Assembly: GCA_002633005.1 (NCBI GenBank)
Contig: NMRA01000408.1
Span: 316,919 to 380,918 of the forward strand
Length of the DNA stretch: 64,000 bases
From: Phoronis australis
Lineage: Eukaryota; Animalia; Phoronida
Reading direction: 5' to 3'
This document shows positions 1-12,300 of this stretch, one piece after another (position 1 is the stretch's first letter; every line of letters starts with the position of its first letter). Under the pieces are notes generated by a model. That model saw nothing but the letters and a program-made list of their open reading frames with translations, had not been told where the DNA came from and made no database searches. The position numbers and the translations under genes were made by a program.

Positions 1-1077
1 TGTGGCTAATGTCGTATCATTGTTGGTCACAGGGGTAGCAAGGAATGTAATCACATGAACAACAATAGAACCATGTTTTTTCCGTCAAGTTTGTCAAATT
101 TTTGGATTCCGATATAACCCTCACATGCACAAGAAATCACCAGAAATCCCAATCGCTACAGAGAGTATTTGTTAGTGTCACTCCCTACTGGAGACAAGCA
201 AAAAATATCTCATTCTTCCCTTAGTTAAAAGTGGTTTTACACCAGGGCTTTTCAATGACAACAAGCTGGCAATACTAAGCACCAAATCTAATAATTGTCT
301 GTTTATATGAATTTATATTGTTGAGAAATACCTTGTGCCTTCATTCTCCATCTGTTTTCCATAACACAATTGCCATTTTCCAGGAATTATTTTACTCATG
401 AAAGTGATAAGAAATTTTACAAATTAATACCAGTTTCTAAACATAAGCTTAACTGAATGCATGAGCTTACAGCATGACTCACAATATGCAGGTTTTTCAT
501 TTAATTTATGACAATTTCCCCAAGAGTTTTCCATTAGTTTTTTACCCTTTTCACTTTTCATGATTCATTAGTCCATGTCACGCTTGCATGTCTCAGTAGG
601 ATTTTTTAAAAACTGGAAGACAAAAAATACCGGACCGTCGCGTCAGTTTTCAGAACGAACTACGGTAAGCATTTTCGGCCTCCTATGCGCGGGCATCCTT
701 TTAGTGTCTTTCATATCTTTCGTCAAATTTCTCAAAAGAAATGACCAGAAATGTTCACTTTTTAATTGACATATTAAAATAATCATTTAATAGTCATAAA
801 GAAGTGATGAACACGACTAGCTGGTAAGATAGTCAGGGAGTAATATGGGGGGAGGGGGTGAGGGCCACTGAGAGTTGGTACACCAGACTACTACTTGGTA
901 CATGTTCAGCTCACTACCTATAACATGTTGTGTATACAAAAAAAATTCAATGGGACTGACCTTGCGCACTAAAACCACAAACTTGTAATTCGAATTATTA
1001 ATCTAGGTGTGAACAGTAGCAATTAAACAGGATACCTGTCCACAATCCGTCTCAAAAAAGAATTTACTGTACTTTTA

Positions 1078-1518
1078 CCAGGGTTTTCTGTAAATAAGCC
1101 CACCCGATCAAATGCCCATGGGCGTTTATTTGGAAAATTATGCCAAATACACGCCCATGGGTGTTTATTAGGTATTACAACTTGTGGTGTCAAGTGTCCA
1201 GACAGTGGGACGTTTATATGGAAATTTTCCTCTTAAAATCCCACTTAGCGTAAACTTTTTTCACAAATTCAGTTTTGTGGAGCATTTATCATTTATAAAA
1301 ACGTACAAGGCGTTGGCGAACTATGAATTTATTACCAAAAAATTTAAAAACGCAGTTTCAAGTAAAAAAGTGTCAAGCCAATCAAAACCATGGCTTTCCG
1401 TTTACACGCCCCCTTTTCCGAATAAATGCCCGGGCGTTTATTTGGTGTAGCTAAAACACCTGAAAATTTTGCATTTTCCCAATACATGCCCACGGGCTTA
1501 TCTACGGAAATTACCGGA
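1078..1518. mobile_element. MITE with TAAGCCC/GGGCGTTTATT subterminal repeats
   Basis: Imperfect TIRs (..TAAATAAGCCCAC / GGGCTTATCTACGG..) and repeated GCCCATGGGCGTTTATT motifs. A related terminus lies at about 49963-50010. Confidence 0.6.
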
Positions 1519-4500
1519 ATGAAATTGGTCTCACGTGTAGTCTGCGTATGAAAAGAGTGTCTCATTGCTTAAGACCAGGCTCTGCCAGTTGACTTGTGAC
1601 GGTTTGTAATTTATTTGGTCACTTACGGTTTCAGACAATAACGAACTGCTCGAAACTGAAAGGATGATTACTCAACAGATTTTGACGGTCAGCATAACGT
1701 CGACTCATCAAATGGACCTGGCAAATTTTCAGGTCGTTAAGCTAAAACTGAGGTCACCAAACCTTGTTGACAAGAGCCAAAAATAAAACAAACAAGATAC
1801 CCGGAGTAAAAAATTGGCGAACTCAAAATTTTCGCCATCGCACTCAAGACCACCTAGGAGAGTTTTTGTTTGCTTAAACACAAAGTTTAATCTCTCGTGG
1901 CAGAAGAACATCATCAAGCTCTAACAATTAGAGCTGAACGATTCCGACTTTCGTCTGTTTACTTTCTTGAGAGCTTGGCAACTTCGAGGAGACCTGGGAT
2001 TTTTACTAGGCTGACAAACAAAATCTGAGGTCGCACTGTATACAAGCTCGGGCCGTATTCTGAGTTTTCCTGAAGTTAAGATTTTCCTTATCTTCGTCTC
2101 AATTTCACAATTTTAAGATTTTCCTTAACCTTTTCCTCAACTTCAAGAAAGCTTGACACCTCCCGTAAATATTTAAGAAAATTTCGATTCAGTGGCAAAA
2201 TGGCAGCACACCGATAAAATTCTTGCTTTATTTATTTCTTTACAAAATAAGTAGCCTTTGGATCAACAGGCATCAAAAAAAATTGTATGTGTTACTTAGA
2301 AATTAGACATATACCTCAACAGGTAGGTTGGAGTGATTTGTAAGTGAAAAATCCATGAAAATGTTTGACGTGGCTAAAATGGCCACCCATATTATCTTTG
2401 TGTGCAAACCAACTGAACAGACCGCTAGTTAAAAGCAATGTCGTCGTCAACACTATTTCATTTACATTGTTAAATTTTCAATTTTTAAAGCACTTATTCA
2501 CCATACATTTCATCTAATTTTAGGTGGAGTTGCATGCCATGTTGAAAACAGCCGCTGTCAACATAACATAAAAGCTTACCGTAACTTCAAAAGAATGCTG
2601 ACCCATATATTTAATTCTACGGATGATGATCGGATGAAACGATCATCGTTATACGACAAAATGAGCACAGTGAATAAATCCTGAAAGTTGGTGAAACCAG
2701 CCAAAGATATCACCTCATGTATTCTTGTCAGATAAAGTTGCGACATTTCGGTCTGAAATCACCTGCGCTTTTACATGAAGTGCACGCCTGAGTAACAAAA
2801 CAAAGTACATTTCTACGCTATTTTAAAACTGAAGCGTGGACGTGGCCTAACTATAAAATTCCACTTGGCTAGATTATATTTCTTTTGATGAATTCAAAAT
2901 TTTAATTTAGTTCCGTTAAAAATCATTAAATAACAAGAGGCCAGATTATTGAGGGAACTACAGATCATTCTCCACTATTTAATAAGAGTGCAATACAAAA
3001 AGGTGCTTCTGGATGACAAAAATTGTTCAAAACACTCTTGTTTTAGTCAAACTCAATGTAACTATCACTACAGCCATTTTTTGATTTTATGAGTTGCAAT
3101 TTCTTGCACTGTCTGTGTCCTGAATCACATTTTTGCTAGAATTTGCTGTCCTCGGACAACGTGAAGTCTTTACATTTTGTGCATTTTGTTGTTCCACGTG
3201 TTACCAAATTGATAATGTAAAATACTTTGTACATGTCTAATTTGAAGTCTAAGCAATACCAATTAAAAATATCCAACCTCAAAATCAGTCATAGACATTA
3301 TGGTGGCATTAGGCTCATCATAGGACACACATTGCAGCCTTTAAATAATACTATTTTGTATTGTTAAAACATCACATATTCACGAAAAATATTGTTTATT
3401 TAGCACATGTTATCATAGAAATTGTAGTATCTGTGACGTATGCGAAATTCATTTACTTAAATATTTGTTTTCATTGATACGCTATAACAGGGACTGGGGA
3501 GTCTGGTAACGGAAGTGCGCAGAATACACTGAAACAATTTGTGTTTTATTTTTGCAGGACTCAATCGACATAAATAGGTTGCATCACATATATGCTACGG
3601 TTTTAGCTAATTATGTCGTACAGTGGGGAAAACGTCGTATTCTACTTATTTAGGTGCATTTATGATACTTATATAGACATACATTGTCTGTTTGATAGTG
3701 AAACTGATTGTGGTTAAAAGCAAAAAAGGGCTACAAAATGCCCCCTACAAAATGTCCCCTACGTTATGTCCCCTCTGTTACACCATGTGGATCACCCTTC
3801 TGGTTTTACCCCAAAATGAAAATTATGTACTTTTTTACATCAATGTCACATGATATCATAAAATACTTCATCATAAAGTCGTTTGTTTTTTGTTTTTCTT
3901 CAGTAACTTAAATAGAATTCCAAAGTATGTCCCATAGTGCAAAATTTGCATTTATATGGGTCCCCTCGGTTACGCCTCGTAAAAGGAGCCTGTATCTTTT
4001 TTCCAGATCTTTTTGAATTTTTTAAATTTTAACAATATTTAAGTACTTAAGAGAATCCCACAAAACTTCCAAGTTTTTCTAAGCTTGTTGTCTGATAATT
4101 ACAAACAAGCCTTTTATTTAAATAACTGCCCCCTTCATTACAAGCAAAATATCGTGGACTCGGCTAAAAAACACTTCTCACCAGTTTCATAGCAGTAGGC
4201 CTAAATGGTCAAAACCAAAAGTTAGTTTCTTTGATCCAATGCTGGTTTACAGCAGCTTAACCATGAAAAGTTGTAGCCTTGAACAAAACACATGAGAACA
4301 GCTATGTGTCATAATCTCTCGTTCAGCATACCTCAAGATTAAGGACAACTAAGCTCATTTCACACGGGTAAAGGTTAATAAGTTAGAGACTTGTTTTGCT
4401 TGAGTATGATTGCCAGGTACGGCGGGGATCTCCGTCCTTCACTTCTTTCACGTTCCAGTGCCAGTGGTCGCCTTCACCTTCTTTAAGCAGGCAAACACCA

Positions 4501-4966
4501 AACTTGTATCGCAGATATTGGCTGACATCACACCGGAGACAACTGTTATTTAAGATTAACACAATAGCGAATGTACAGAAAAGATGCATAACCCAAGCAC
4601 CAAGCGTTGTTACCCGATCCACCTAGTACTAGAGTATAATGAATGAATTCTAAACGAACGGATTTTCCGACTGGATTTCCGTAACAAATATAACACCAAT
4701 AGTGGTACTCACTGATGTTTTAATCTCTCTATTCGTAGATATTCGTCTGTGGAATGCTTTGGCAGGTTCTGTCTCCCCATCGCTGTCAGAAGAATCGTCT
4801 TGAACATGTATATCGCTCAAACCTGTGCACACGTCCGTCGCCATTGTTGGATTCTATCTCTATGATTCTCTCCAAGTTGTGACCTTCTAACAGAGATCAA
4901 TGACACGCCCCCTATTGATATGAACACAACACTTCAACAGCTGAGTTGTGTAGATAAGCACTGGCG

Positions 4967-5385
4967 GGTACCAACTTACTACACGGTCAGCGGACTCATA
5001 AACACGGGCACGGACGCATGAACAGGACTCACGGATCTGCAAACACCGTCCACTGACTCACAAACACGGGAACGGACTCACAAAACACGATCCACGCACC
5101 CAAATACACGGAAAAACGGTTTACGGACAAAATGAAGATGTCAGCTGACCCAGGAACTTTGAGCCGATGAGTTCGTGACCTGAGTTTGGCGGTCTGTTAA
5201 CCGTGTTTCCTCGTGAATATGAGTCCTTGTCCCGTGTATTTGGGTGCGTGGATCGTGTTTTGTGAGTCCGTTCCCGTGTTTGCCCGGTGAGTCAGTGGAC
5301 GGTGTCAAGTTTGCAGGTCCGTGAGTCGTGGGTGGCATGCAGTGCGTCCGTGCCATGAGTCCGTTAACCGTGTAGTTTAAGTACC
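4967..5385. repeat. Foldback-like element: about 150-bp inverted arms built from ACACGG/GACTCAC subrepeats
   Basis: 4967-5112 is an imperfect reverse complement of about 5230-5385. Confidence 0.8.
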
Positions 5386-6360
5386 TTGAACTTTAATCGC
5401 CAGGCAATGGATGTCATAAAGTGTGATGTGTACAACAAAAATGACACGGAACTTGGAACCAAGTTAAATAGAGGGTGGGGGACTTCCACAGAAGAAATGA
5501 AAAAGTTAACAACAGGGCAGTCTCTACACTGCAAATTTGTCATTACGACATCTGGCTTACATCTCAGTGTCAACCAATACGGCGGGGAATCATACGTATC
5601 TGCTACGTATTTTTGCCGTTTCTGTAGTGCTACGGCGTAGCACCAAATTAGTACATACTTTCAGTAATTAATACGCAATTCTGCCAATATTAATAATAAA
5701 GTTTTCAAACCTTTTGCTTCATTTTTTACTGGCGATCTCTTTGTTGAAATAATCTCATACCACGAGCCCAGTGCTCGACACTGAGGACCATATAAGGAGT
5801 TACCAATGCCGAGATAGGCCTACTGGTATAACAACACTCCAATTCTTCTAATAGACAAGTATGTACACGCAATGCATTTTGACACTTGGCCATATTTTGA
5901 CTCGTCGTTTTCGTCAGTACGTGCTATGGTTTTTTATAAAAATCAATTTCAGCAAAAAATGATTGACATGTATGTTACAACAGTCATTTTGTTGCCTACT
6001 TCAAGTCATTGTGTGTGAGCACTACACAAACCCAACATTTATGTCACTAACTTGACAGCATTTTTTATTTAATCAAATTAACGTATACCCAAAAACTTCA
6101 AGAGAAAAATCAGTCGTACTATTTCATCAAGTTAGACAAGAAATGTTGTGGTTACAACTGCAAAAAGAACACCTTCAAATTTTAGAAATGACGGTAATCA
6201 TTGCAATGTTAATTTGGTTTTGTTTGAATATAGAAAATATACTGTCTAAAAAGTCATTGACTGCAGTGCCAAAACTAAAAAGGAGCTGGCAGAGGTCGCC
6301 CTCTAATCTAAACACTCTTTCTTTTCCCACCCGTAACAGTGCCGGCTTTTCCGTCCTATC

Positions 6361-6585
6361 CATGCGCACACCCAGCCTAAAATATAGGTGGGCTCAAATT
6401 TTTCGATATGCGGACCTTTTACTGAAAGAAATCAACGAGGACTAAAAAAAAGGCAGCCACTAATTTCAGGCCCACGAATTGTGTCTCGTTTACCCGGACT
6501 TTTTGTTTCCCTAACTTTTTGCCCAAATTGCCAAATTGGGGGGCTCGTTTGAGCCCCCGAGCCCCTCCCCCCGGGTGCGCCCATG
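6361..6585 (-). mobile_element. MITE family A (CATGCGCGCACCC termini), copy 1
   Basis: TIRs CATGCGCACACCCAG ... CCGGGTGCGCCCATG; flanks CTATC/TTATC; homologous to the copies at 20022, 25125, 38857 and 59556. Confidence 0.8.
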
Positions 6586-7349
6586 TTATCTGTCGCGGAG
6601 GGAACTCCAGCTTGACAAAATCGTCCATCATCTTTGTTCATCACCATGGCCAAGGGAACCTTTGTTTGCAGTGCTAACGATGCTACCGACCTCCAACCTG
6701 CACCAAACTTCATTGATTGAAACAAAAATTTCGTACAAGACCTGTTCATAATTGACAAAAATCATTTAAGGATCGGAAGAAAGTTCATTTTCGTAGACGT
6801 GTGAACATGTAAATCAAAAAGCACTAAATGTCCGCTTCATATTGAGTCTCAAATAGCATTGTCCTGGATATTGATTGAGAGATCTTCTTTAATTAAATCA
6901 GTATTGAGAAATCTTTCGATGATTCAGTCGACCTAACCGCGTCAGTACGTAAATTTTGATGCAGTCCAGCGGTACCCTGTTACGGTTTGTATTAAAAAAA
7001 TCAAAAGAAAACCTTGCCTATACCGATACGACCGCCAATACTTGGGGGAACATAAAATCTGTCGTTGTCGATGAAAACGTCCGACAATCTAAACAACACA
7101 CCCAACGTGGGGACGATAATTCTACACTTTATGGATAATGGTTTCTAAGAATGATTTTCAAAGGAAATGCTGTTCCTCGACTGGAAAATACGCCCTCAAT
7201 AGCGACTAAAAGGAAAATCGAACCAGGCCTCTAGTCTCCTAAAATAGATGCCGTAATATTCCTCATTATTACCGAGACAGGATTCTACCATCCTTTACCA
7301 ACTCAAGTCTGTCATATGACCACCATTTTCGAATTCGCCATTTTAGGGT

Positions 7350-7545
7350 TGGCCAAATTTAATGAAGTCTGAAGCGTTTTTTTTCAGTTGAATCGCCGAC
7401 GGTTTCAATGTTCTTGTTAGGAAATGTAATCCCATCACGGTAAGGGATATTACGAGACCAAATTTATGAAAGTAAAAGACGTAAGTCGCCGATTTTCGTT
7501 TTTTATTTTTTAGTCAGCTAAACAGAGTGAAATGCAATTTAAATG
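7350..7545 (+). repeat. Dispersed interspersed repeat (AGTCTGAAGCGTTTT...GATATTACGAG...TTTTAGC..TGAAATGCAATTT), several diverged copies
   Basis: Similar blocks at about 26165-26325, 30950-31070 and 37230-37330. Confidence 0.55.
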
Positions 7546-9331
7546 AATCTATTGATGGACAATCGGAAATTCTACTTATCCGCGAAAATAGTTAGGTACG
7601 TTGAAAAACTCGTTTTAATCTAATTTGTTGCTTTTCTTTACACTTCGTTGCTGATGCAGCCTCTAAAGTTTTGCCACCAGTCTTTTTTCCATTCGACGCT
7701 TCCTTTCTTAACCTTTTCTCATTTAGACCGAATGTCCGCGATAAATGCCAAAACAAGGTTGTTCCCTACGCCTCTGGCTACCGTAGGAGCCTTCGACAGT
7801 TATGTCGACTCGGCGGAGTAGCTCTCAATTTTGAGGCGACTGGCCGTACGTGTGACCGGAGGAAGCAGCTTAGTAACTATGGGTACCGTCGCGTGGCGAC
7901 GGGTGGCTCAAATTACCAGCGGGTTCCCAAGACCTCAATCACACACTGACTGCTAGCTACGTAGCACGAGGTATATTTGTTATGCGGGACTACATTGTCA
8001 GGCTGTGGTAAATGCTGCGATTCATATAACCATGGCTATGGGCGCTCGGTGAAAGGGCACTGCTACTACGCTCACATATTCAAGCCGACACTACAATTCC
8101 CATTGAAAAAAAAAGCCCGTCACACGTTCAAGACAATAACAAGCGCATTTGGAAACACAGACCGAAATATCACCTGTGCACAAAACTTAAAATTGTTTCT
8201 AAAGCATTCGTCCAACACTTACATTTCAATGATGTGATGAATATAAGTTCTGCTCAATGAACGTGCAACAGTGCTGGCAGTTTGTTCTCTAGATCGAAAT
8301 AAGCTCAAAAGTACGAATTTCGTTTTACGATTCTAACATAAAACTGCTCCCAACAAAAATGTGTGTACACTCATTGGAGCTAGGAGCTGGGAATGGATTT
8401 ACTCTTGCCCAGAAGAAATGAATAGAAAAGACCACAATAAGACATTGTTTACTCCAGTATTGCAACATTTCTCGTGGGAGACTGTTCATGTGGAAGTCTG
8501 TGGCAAAAGAATTAAATTTGGTAAGAGGAGAGAATTTGATGGGGAGGAAAATGGGGTGCCAATGTCAGAATGCAAGCCCAGCTCACTGCAACCTTACCCT
8601 GGGTCATGGTGTAACTCTTGTGTCCAGTAAAAAGCTTCTTGAGTTCAAGCAAGTATTTGCCTAACCTGTGAGGCTTCCATATGAAATTATGGGTGCGGGA
8701 CTTTTAACCAATGAACAAACGCACAATACCAATCGCATACTGAACTTCGTAGGCATACCTAACACATTTGAGATTAAAACAAGCACCAAGGTGTACTGTA
8801 GTCTATAATTTTTATTCTATACCAAATGGGCACATGGGAAAACCAAGGAGCGATATCCACATATAGGACTAGCATTCACTTTTTAACCAATTGGGGTATT
8901 AACTTACATACTTACTTGTGCCAATCACAACCAAATCTACTCCATAATTTAAGAGATTTTTTTAAAAATTACAATTCCACAAACACTCACTACAACGATT
9001 ATTACAATCTCATGATTGACCATCAAACAAGTACTCCTGATTTTCTTTACGTAAAGAGGTAATATCAGGATACGCGCGTCTCGACATGTCTCAGAACATC
9101 CAACTTTCTACAATATTAACAATATTCTGTCACAATAAGATAAGATCTGAATAAACGTATTCCCGACAAAGATCAATAAAAAAACTCTATACAATCTTGG
9201 AGTAACAAGGATACATCCACAATATCTTCTAATAATAAATGTATACAGGTAACAAATGCGGCCTAGATTTATCAACAGAATGTACACACACAGGTGAATG
9301 CCGCTCCCTAGGGCTAGACAGGTAACGCAGG

Positions 9332-12300
9332 TTAATCAACCATAATCTCAAAGCGGACAGAGCCAGGCAGTAAGTTGCGATTGTTGTTGTGCAAGTCCAT
9401 GGTCCAGGCGCGACACCAGACCTGCACTAGAGTGCCCTTGGCGATGTTCTGGAACTGGACGAAGACCAGGGGTGAGCGGTAGCCCTCCTGGTTGAGAAAC
9501 GGGAAGTATTCCTTGTAGAAGCCCTTCTCTGGATAGAACTTGAGTGGCCCAATGTTTTCGCGATCAGCAGGGTGCTGCAACAACACAAGACCACTACAGC
9601 CAAGGAACAAAACAATACATTCAAACCGCATTACACGGAACCTCAAGAGACCTTCCCAAAAAATTCTTTGTTGAGGAAGTTTGCTGCACCCAAAGCAACT
9701 TATTTACGAAACAAATGACCCGAGTCTTCCTATGGTAAGCGAGCACACACGTTGCAGCGTAGTTTGACTATACATTGCTTATCAACTAGAGTGAAAGATT
9801 AAGCTGCCTACGTCTGCTGAACTTACGATCAACATCCAAGCAAAATGCGGTCTCTTTGTATCTAGTTAGATACCACTATACACAGTTAAATTGAATTTGC
9901 TTTTGCCCATTACCGAAATGTTACCCTTATTCCTTTGACATTACATAACATGCTTGGTGAACAAATTATCCCATAATATCAATATCTGTAAGACGATACG
10001 TGAAAAAAACAAATTAAAATGAAGATGCGTGCAGTCTGTGGCACTTAGTGTGAATGATAGAATAAACCTCTTACTGCACATGCTCACTATGACCCAGACA
10101 GTCTGCACTGTCAAGAACTTTAAAGCGCCCCCTGGTGGCTATCTCGACAAGTAGCAACTTGCTTGCAAAAATTGTATCTAAATGATTCTCATTTGCCATA
10201 CTTAAATCTCAAATCGCGTGGCAAAATTGTCGGAGAATTACGTGCATTCTGATGTTGGTGAAAGGTCATTTCTGAATGAATTGTTTAACAACAAAATCGA
10301 TTGGTTTAGCCACTTAAAAATAGGTGTGCCCTGAAAATGAACAGCAAATGGTTTAAATATAACTCTAATCTAATGACTGTCGCACAAATGTGCCAGCGGC
10401 ATCAGAGGGCCAATAATTCCTTTGCTCTGCGGTCTTCCATAAAGAGACTTATGACACAAGGGTTTACGTGTATTAAACCCGACACACTGTTTCCCAGCCT
10501 TAAAACACATAACCTTATTTAGAGCAAAAAGGAGATAGATGTTGAATGTGGCTTTCTAAAACCGTTCTGCGTTGGTGGCGTGTTACAACTATTATCAAAA
10601 TCTTTTGGCCTAATTACACCGACCTCTCGTCTATTTACACTGTCAAGACGTTTCGATCAGTCTATTCTCCAGCCATCGTCAGGTGTTCCTGAGTTCTTAG
10701 AAGAACGAGCACGGATATGTGGTACACTCATTAAGGTGTGATTTTTTTTGTCCAAGGCAGGATTTGAACTGGGATGACTCTGTGGTGTAGTGGTTAAGGT
10801 GCTGGACTCAAATTATCTGTAGTTTCAGAACTCGTGGGTTCAAATCCTGCCTTGGACAAAAAAATCACACCATGATGCGTGTACCACATATCCTTGCTTG
10901 TTCTTCTAAGAACACAGGAACACTTGACGAAGGCCGGGGAATAGACCAACCGAAACGTTGTGACAGTGTAAATAGACAAGAGGTCGGTGTAAATAGACCA
11001 AGAGATTTTAATAATAGTTGTAATATGTTGAACGTGTCATAGCCACTCAAAGTGACGCCAAAGTGACTGAAGGGCCAGATCAATAGCGCTTAGTATTTGT
11101 TGATATGCCATGAACCTTTAGCAATACAGAAAGGTAATACCAGATCAAGTAATATCAGGCTCCAGCAAACGCAGTAATACGAGACAAGCGAATGTTTGTA
11201 GTACCCAAAGGCAAAACAGAAGACTAATGTAAATGTGACATCGGGAAATGCCAAGGCACTGGTTATTTATGATCTGTTACTATGGACGAGAATTATAAAT
11301 ACAGTTCAACGTGTTTTGACGATTTGCTTTAATTTAAACTCTGACCAGAGGGACTGATTTTCAATCTCAAGCAGTCAAATATGACAGATACCTTTACATA
11401 GGATACAACCTTTCATCAAAACACCTTACCTGTCCCTCACAGGTGACTGCAATGTGCTTGCCAGAGGGATTCAGTCCGTTCTTAGCACGGGCTTCAATAA
11501 CAGTCTTGGAGCCATTGTAGTCAGCTGCCATTATGTCGGGCACCCAGTTGTACACCTGAAGTGGAAATAAGACAAGGATGAATGTATCCGGAAATGGATA
11601 CACGATTCAACGCATCCACTGCACTGGCTATTTATAGTTCAGACAGGTTCTTTCCTTTGTTTTCACCAGCTATTTATTATTATCTTGATAATTTATTTCA
11701 ACAAATAGTAGAAATTAACAACAAAAGTCAGGCGGAAAAAAACATTCACTCGCACATTCACACTTTCACGACTTGTAATGACCAAGGACAAAAAGGGTAA
11801 AATTTTCCAGGTGATGTATTGCTCCACAAACAAATAGGCTTGCGTGAAAGACATATTTTTTGTGTAGTAAAATTTAACTGAAATGAACATTTTTAAATGT
11901 ACAAAGTCAAAAAATGATAAGAAAGCGGAAGAGGAAACTGAAAATCAAATGTCATTTCATTTGCCAAGCACAGTCACCAGCCATGATAAACTATTGAGAT
12001 GATTGCAAGACCAAAAACCCCTTCGAGAGAAGAACAAGTGGAGACCGAGCATGGGTTTATTAATGCTTTAAGTTTCAAGGCTGACCATGAGTCCAGTCAC
12101 AGTTCGAAGATAAGACTCTGAGCCCAGGATACACTAATCAATGACTAGTTACCTTGTTAAGTTTGAGCAGTACACATGGCTTGCCCTCGTCATATCCATA
12201 GTCTCGGCTCCAAGTGCACTGATCGCCCAGCTGCTGGATGTCGAAGACACACACCTTCGACTTGTCTGTCTTTACTTCGTTGTCCTGGCAACCAACGAAG

